From a bacterium (lineage in GTDB: Bacteria > JACRDZ01 > JAQUKH01): a DNA stretch of 64,000 nucleotides. Position numbers and translations under genes: made by a program. Shown here piece after piece: positions 59,084-64,000 of the stretch. The notes below the pieces were generated by a model that was not told the DNA's origin, ran no database searches, and saw nothing but the letters and a program-made list of their open reading frames with translations. The DNA is taken from contig JAQUKH010000001.1 of NCBI GenBank assembly GCA_028719205.1, forward strand, positions 1 through 64,000, written 5' to 3'. Within the stretch, counting starts at the first letter, position 1; each line of letters starts with the position of its first letter.

Positions 59084-60561
59084 TTATATTCCAATATTTT
59101 TATTTGAATTTGCCCGACAATTTTCAATATATCCATTTGCTGAGCTAACTCTCCCTCAATAAATTTAATATGCGTAGCGTCCGCCGGTATCTGGTCAAAA
59201 ACCGAATCAACGCTTATCCATTGGCCCCCTGCAAATACTTCGTTCCAGGCATGATAATAAAATCCATTCTCTGAATATACCAATCCTACGCAAATCTTTG
59301 CCGGCAAATTTACCGCTCTTGCCAGCGCGCAAAATAATGTAGCATGTTCGTTGCAATCACCGCACTTCAATCTTAAAATTGTAACAGCGTCAGGGACGCT
59401 TACAGTGATCTTTTTCTTTATATTTTGGAATAGCCATTTTGAAATTAATTCAGTTTTTTTATAAGCATCATTTTCATTCCCGATTATTTCTTTGGCTTTA
59501 TTTTTTATCAGAGCATCATCAGATTGGATAAAAATACTTGATGCCAAATATTCCCCCGGATTATCTGCTTTATCGTCTTTAAGCGGCAAACTGAATACTT
59601 CTAATGTATTTTTATTTAATCTTTGCCTTCCGCGATTAAGGAGAGAAAAACCATCAGTTTTAATTCCGCTAATTTCAATTTTCAAATATTTTAATTCTCT
59701 CGGGGAATCTATGCGTTTTTCGACTAAAATACTTGTAGATTTCATTATATCTATTTTATCACCGGACTCCAGTATGTTTAACGCGTCATCCTGTCTTTCT
59801 CTCTGAAGAATAAAACCCATGGGACTTTCTTCTCTGATCCTCGTGCCGTCTTCTTTTAACCAGGTATAAATGATAATTCCGTCATAATCCTCTTTAATTT
59901 TATAAGCCTGCTCCATTTCTCCGTAGACCTTAATTTGTTCCTTCTTTTCAACAGTTATGGATATATTTTTGTTTGACAAAGTAAAAGGATCGTAATATGG
60001 GAAAATATAATTGCTGTTTACAGTTAATCCTTTACTTAATATATATTGGTTCAAATTACTGGTAATAGAAGGAATTTCTTTGAGTGGAATAGAAAAATAC
60101 TTCGCGGATTTATCGGATATGAATTTAATATTCAATCTGTCACCTGCTACCTTCCCCTCGACCTTTAATTTATATTGAGACGTCGATAAATATGATGTAA
60201 ATTCCTTTAATTTAAGAGCGGGATCTACCACCGCGACATTATTTATCCTCATTTTTATATTTTCGCCCCCGGCCGTAAAACTCATATAACTTTGTTCATT
60301 TATCAGGAACATATTTTTATCTTTATCAGGAACCATCATCCAATGGCTATATCCGATCTTTTTCTTATTAAAATAAATTCCCATCCATTCATCTTTCATT
60401 AAGGAATTATCAACATTAACCGTATTAAATTTATTATTGAATATTTTTGATGGATAATTATTCCGTATTAAAATAAATATCATTATTATCCATAAAAAGG
60501 CAATTATGAGCTTTATTGCGGTATAAATATTATTTTTAATATTCATTAATAATTTATTCAC
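59080..60561 (-). CDS. Membrane-anchored transglutaminase-like protein
   Basis: GDCNEHA, YHAWNEV, W..VD catalytic triad motifs. Confidence 0.88.
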   Translation of the reverse strand: MNKLLMNIKNNIYTAIKLIIAFLWIIMIFILIRNNYPSKIFNNKFNTVNVDNSLMKDEWMGIYFNKKKIGYSHWMMVPDKDKNMFLINEQSYMSFTAGGENIKMRINNVAVVDPALKLKEFTSYLSTSQYKLKVEGKVAGDRLNIKFISDKSAKYFSIPLKEIPSITSNLNQYILSKGLTVNSNYIFPYYDPFTLSNKNISITVEKKEQIKVYGEMEQAYKIKEDYDGIIIYTWLKEDGTRIREESPMGFILQRERQDDALNILESGDKIDIMKSTSILVEKRIDSPRELKYLKIEISGIKTDGFSLLNRGRQRLNKNTLEVFSLPLKDDKADNPGEYLASSIFIQSDDALIKNKAKEIIGNENDAYKKTELISKWLFQNIKKKITVSVPDAVTILRLKCGDCNEHATLFCALARAVNLPAKICVGLVYSENGFYYHAWNEVFAGGQWISVDSVFDQIPADATHIKFIEGELAQQMDILKIVGQIQIKILEYK

Positions 60562-61078
60562 CTAAATACCGGCGAGGTATAAGATGTTTTATTTTAGGAT
60601 AAGCTACTCTGAATATAAACGGTTTATAATGGGGACTTTCAGTATTATGGCACTTTTTGCAGTCTTCTTCTGTGGGTAATATTAAACCAACTTCAATTGC
60701 TTTTTTACGCTGCTGAGAATAATTTGTTTTATATTCATTTTCATTCATAATTTCTACATTTTTATACAGGCTTCCCGGCCCATGGCATGCTTCACATTGA
60801 ACTCCGAAAAGATCTTTAGTTTCAATCCCTGGCGACATCGGTTCATTATAGCCGGTAACATGACATTTAAGACAAAATGGATTTTTCCTTTCTTCCTCAC
60901 TTAAGTCTTCATAAGCGCGCGCGTGTTCACTATCTTCCCACTTTTCGTAGATCATCCCTGCCTTTTGTCTCATATGGCATGTACGGCAGCGTTTACTGCC
61001 TTCATAGGTGGCCTGAGACGCAAAAGCGAGCCTGATCGTTATAAAGAATATTACTATTAAAAATAATGATTTATTCAT
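60554..61078 (-). CDS. Tetraheme cytochrome c (c554-like)
   Basis: CRTCH, CLKCH, CEACHGPGS, CKKCH; start reassigned to ATG 61078 (signal peptide). Confidence 0.88.
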   Translation of the reverse strand: MNKSLFLIVIFFITIRLAFASQATYEGSKRCRTCHMRQKAGMIYEKWEDSEHARAYEDLSEEERKNPFCLKCHVTGYNEPMSPGIETKDLFGVQCEACHGPGSLYKNVEIMNENEYKTNYSQQRKKAIEVGLILPTEEDCKKCHNTESPHYKPFIFRVAYPKIKHLIPRRYLGE

Positions 61079-61079
61079 G

Positions 61080-62306
61080 TCAAATATCACTTCTGGCAAA
61101 TTCAATAAATTTTTTGTAACTATTATTAGATTTTTTAAACGCTGAAATAGCTTCATCTGTATTTTTTTCATCTAAATACAGATTCGCAAGATCATAAAAA
61201 GCATTCCCCATATTTTGGGAAAGCTCATCTTTCAAAACTATATTATTACTATCATTTTCCTCAAATAATTTAATAGCTTCAATAAATTTTTCTTTTGCTT
61301 TTTCTTTCTCGCCATTTTTAAAAAAGGCGGTCCCTAATCCGTATATTATACTGGGGTCCTTGGGAGCTAATGTTAACGCCTGATTAAACTCCCCAATGGA
61401 TTCAGCGATCCTATTAGCATCGCGGCATACGATCGCGTAATAATAATGTGTCTCAACATTTTTCGCGTCTAAATCTATCGCGGTAATAAACGACGCTGAA
61501 GCGCTGTCAATGTTATCCTGGCGCGCGAATACTCTTCCCAGCAAACTATGACTCAAAGAATAATTTTCATCTTCTTTCAAGGATGTCATTAATTTTTCTT
61601 TTGCTTTCTCCATAAATCCCAATTTAAACATTTTAAGCCCAAAGTTATAATAAAATTGCGATTTCCCTTTTGGAATGTAGCCTTCAGCGACTTTTGGCCT
61701 GGCAACGATCTCTATTCCAAGAGGTTTTTCAAAAGCCTTTTTTACCAATCTCTCTCCTGAAAGTTTAGGGTACCCCGGCATTATTGATAAAATCTTATTG
61801 TCAATATCCATAATAGCTAAACTCGGAGTAGTCACAACCCCATATTGATTATAAATTTTCAAACCTTCATCTATAAGAACAGGAAAAGTAATTCCCTGTT
61901 CTGTTATTATCTTATTTACTTTATCTAATTCATCTACAGTTGTTTCTTTGTCGGAATTTGGCACGTAAACCGCTAAAATATTATAACCCGAACTTTTATA
62001 TTTATTATACAGATCCTGCAGGACGCTTAATTCGTTAAGGGAATTTTCTGAATTGTAATTCCAGAAAATAACTCCGGTCGCAATATTTTTACCGGCAAAT
62101 TCTTTTAAATTTATTTTATTTTTATTTACATCATTAAGCGTAAAATCTATAGCCGGTTCGCCTTCCCTGAGCCGTTTAAATGCCTGTCCTTTGGTTATCG
62201 GCAGGAAAACAAAAGCAACCAGACTTAATATTAAAATAAAAAATATATTTTTGCTGAAAGGATTCGCGGTTTTTAAAGCGATATTTTTTAACTTTGACAT
62301 AAGCAT
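61080..62306 (-). CDS. TlpA/redoxin-fold protein lacking CxxC, fused to TPRs
   Basis: GEPAIDFTL, FW...SENSLNEL, FPVLID, YGVVTTP; C-terminal TPRs. Confidence 0.8.
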   Translation of the reverse strand: MLMSKLKNIALKTANPFSKNIFFILILSLVAFVFLPITKGQAFKRLREGEPAIDFTLNDVNKNKINLKEFAGKNIATGVIFWNYNSENSLNELSVLQDLYNKYKSSGYNILAVYVPNSDKETTVDELDKVNKIITEQGITFPVLIDEGLKIYNQYGVVTTPSLAIMDIDNKILSIMPGYPKLSGERLVKKAFEKPLGIEIVARPKVAEGYIPKGKSQFYYNFGLKMFKLGFMEKAKEKLMTSLKEDENYSLSHSLLGRVFARQDNIDSASASFITAIDLDAKNVETHYYYAIVCRDANRIAESIGEFNQALTLAPKDPSIIYGLGTAFFKNGEKEKAKEKFIEAIKLFEENDSNNIVLKDELSQNMGNAFYDLANLYLDEKNTDEAISAFKKSNNSYKKFIEFARSDI

Positions 62307-62331
62307 ATTACCTCCTGTAATAACTAAATTT

Positions 62332-63453
62332 TTAACAATCTATCTCTTCAAGTAACTCTAAAAATACCTTTGTAATTTTAGGGTCAAATTGTTTACCACT
62401 TTCCGCTTCTATTATTTTTTTGGCATCTTCTTTAACCAGCGCTTTTCGATAAGGCCTGTCAGATGTCATCGCGTCATAGGAATCAGCAACTGAAATTATC
62501 CGGGCCTCTATAGGTATTTCTTCCCCTTTAACCTCACCGGTATATGAGCCATAACTTCCTTTCAGATTACCGTCAAATCTTTCATGATGATATCTTATTA
62601 TTTTACGAACATATTTTAATTTATCAATGCTTTTTATAGCTTCTTCTCCGATCATTGGATGTTTTTTTATCATTTCTATTTCAAGGTCATCTAAAGGGCC
62701 CTCCTTATTCAATATGGATCCTTTAACCCCTATTTTGCCAATATCGTGCAATGAAGCCGCGATTCTTACATTCTCAATCTGTTCTTGAGGTAAATTTAAT
62801 TTAACAGCAATAGCAACCGCGTATTTACGGACGGTATGACAATGTTTACCGCCGGTATAGGGGTCTTTAAATTCAATAAGTTTGCCTAAAGCGTCAACCG
62901 TATTTATAAAATCTTCATGTTGCTGAGCCGTCATTTTTAATTCTTTTTCACGGAATTCCTGCGATTGAAAACTGCTTGTAAGAGAAATTATATAAAAAAA
63001 TGGCAAACGGATAAAAAAAGCAGGATCAATAATCTTATTAAAAGAACCGGTAGTTCTATAAATTATATAAATATATATCAGGCAGCTTAATGAGGATATA
63101 ATAAAAGTCATTTTTATATCCTGGCCTATAGTTGCCATTAAAATAGTCAAAAAGTATACTAAATAAAAATTACTGTCTATTTCACCGTTATAATAAATCG
63201 CGGCAGAAATAAATATAATATCTATAATAAATATAGTGTAATTCAGCCAACTATTTTCAAATATCTTGTCTCCAAAATAATTCAGGATAAAATTGCTGCT
63301 GACATATAAAAAAATAAAACTTAGAATATAAACCGAATCAAATATGAATTTATCGTTTTGGATAAATATTAAAATGATTATAAATGTTATTAACCATCTT
63401 AAAATTACAAAAATATTTTTTTTGCTTAAAGTACCGCCCATTGTCATTTCCAT
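62332..63453 (-). CDS. Membrane-bound HD-GYP-like phosphodiesterase
   Basis: N-terminal TM bundle; KDPYT..H, HDIGK, HHERFDG, DSYDAMTSDRPYR. Confidence 0.88.
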   Translation of the reverse strand: MEMTMGGTLSKKNIFVILRWLITFIIILIFIQNDKFIFDSVYILSFIFLYVSSNFILNYFGDKIFENSWLNYTIFIIDIIFISAAIYYNGEIDSNFYLVYFLTILMATIGQDIKMTFIISSLSCLIYIYIIYRTTGSFNKIIDPAFFIRLPFFYIISLTSSFQSQEFREKELKMTAQQHEDFINTVDALGKLIEFKDPYTGGKHCHTVRKYAVAIAVKLNLPQEQIENVRIAASLHDIGKIGVKGSILNKEGPLDDLEIEMIKKHPMIGEEAIKSIDKLKYVRKIIRYHHERFDGNLKGSYGSYTGEVKGEEIPIEARIISVADSYDAMTSDRPYRKALVKEDAKKIIEAESGKQFDPKITKVFLELLEEIDC

Positions 63454-63468
63454 ATATTTTCTCTTTAT

Positions 63469-64000
63469 TTAATATATTTTTTGACCGGTTATAATATTAA
63501 TTATAAAATTCTGGAAATACCTGCTTTTTTTTAATAAAAAAAAGCCGATCCTGCTGAATCTAAAAATAAAAAATGAAATAATCTTCGCATATTTAAAAGG
63601 TAAAACTATTTGATTATACACTTTTTCGTTATAAATGTTAAGAGAAATATTATCTTCTAAAAAATCAAGAATACTTTTAGCGGCTAATTGTCCGCTTTTA
63701 ACCGCGTAATAGATCCCTTCACCCAAAAAAGGATCAACAAGCCCGGCAGCATCACCGGCAAGCAGGATATTTCCTTGAACATTATTTTGCTTTATACCGC
63801 CTAAAGGAATAACACCCCCCTTATGCATAAAAAATCTTTTTCTGTCCGAAAGGCCCTGTTTCTTAATAAATCTTTTCAGCGTGTCAACTATATTTATTTT
63901 TTTAAGGGAGTATATTCCAACTGAAAATCTGTCCTTTCCGGGGAATATCCACGCGTAACCTCCCGGAACAAAACCAAAATCAAAGCCTAATGATTCTTTA
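63469..64000 (-). CDS. Geranylgeranyl reductase-family flavoprotein, 3' part only
   Basis: GYAWIFP upstream of the tracked ORF, then LAGDAAGLVDPFLGEGIYYA; runs off window. Confidence 0.88.
   Translation of the reverse strand, partial: KESLGFDFGFVPGGYAWIFPGKDRFSVGIYSLKKINIVDTLKRFIKKQGLSDRKRFFMHKGGVIPLGGIKQNNVQGNILLAGDAAGLVDPFLGEGIYYAVKSGQLAAKSILDFLEDNISLNIYNEKVYNQIVLPFKYAKIISFFIFRFSRIGFFLLKKSRYFQNFIINIITGQKIY

Overview
AT-rich bacterial chromosome segment, almost entirely minus-strand coding. A TonB-dependent receptor, lipoproteins and a PEP-CTERM protein point to a diderm organism, probably an anaerobe. Contents in order: partial htpG; a single-chain PurS-PurL-PurQ; a complete V/A-type ATP synthase operon (G/H-I-K-E-C-F-A-B-D) with unusual extras (a ~100-aa insert in subunit C, a MIDAS-less ViaA/vWA-like gene after D, and a second divergent c-subunit gene nearby); a Cys-CcmE (system I*-type) cytochrome c maturation operon ccmEFH(I)ABCD, including a ccmD missed by the ORF track; an accessory region (TPR-parvulin, radical SAMs, hydrolases, a 5-heme cytochrome, two lipoproteins sharing an unrecognised helical repeat, an M23-PEP-CTERM gene behind a GEMM-I riboswitch, a HEAT/HD-GYP pair); pyk, tmRNA, a 15-heme cytochrome, recJ, uvrB, proB, tRNA-Thr and tRNA-Phe with an att-like scar; and a housekeeping run (thyA, mtnA, nucleoside phosphorylase, yggT, proC, yggS, pgeF) preceded by a cluster of Cys-less thioredoxin-TPR, tetraheme cytochrome, transglutaminase and ABC transporter genes. 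No CRISPR array, integrase or transposase was seen. All calls come from reading motifs by eye; no searches were run.
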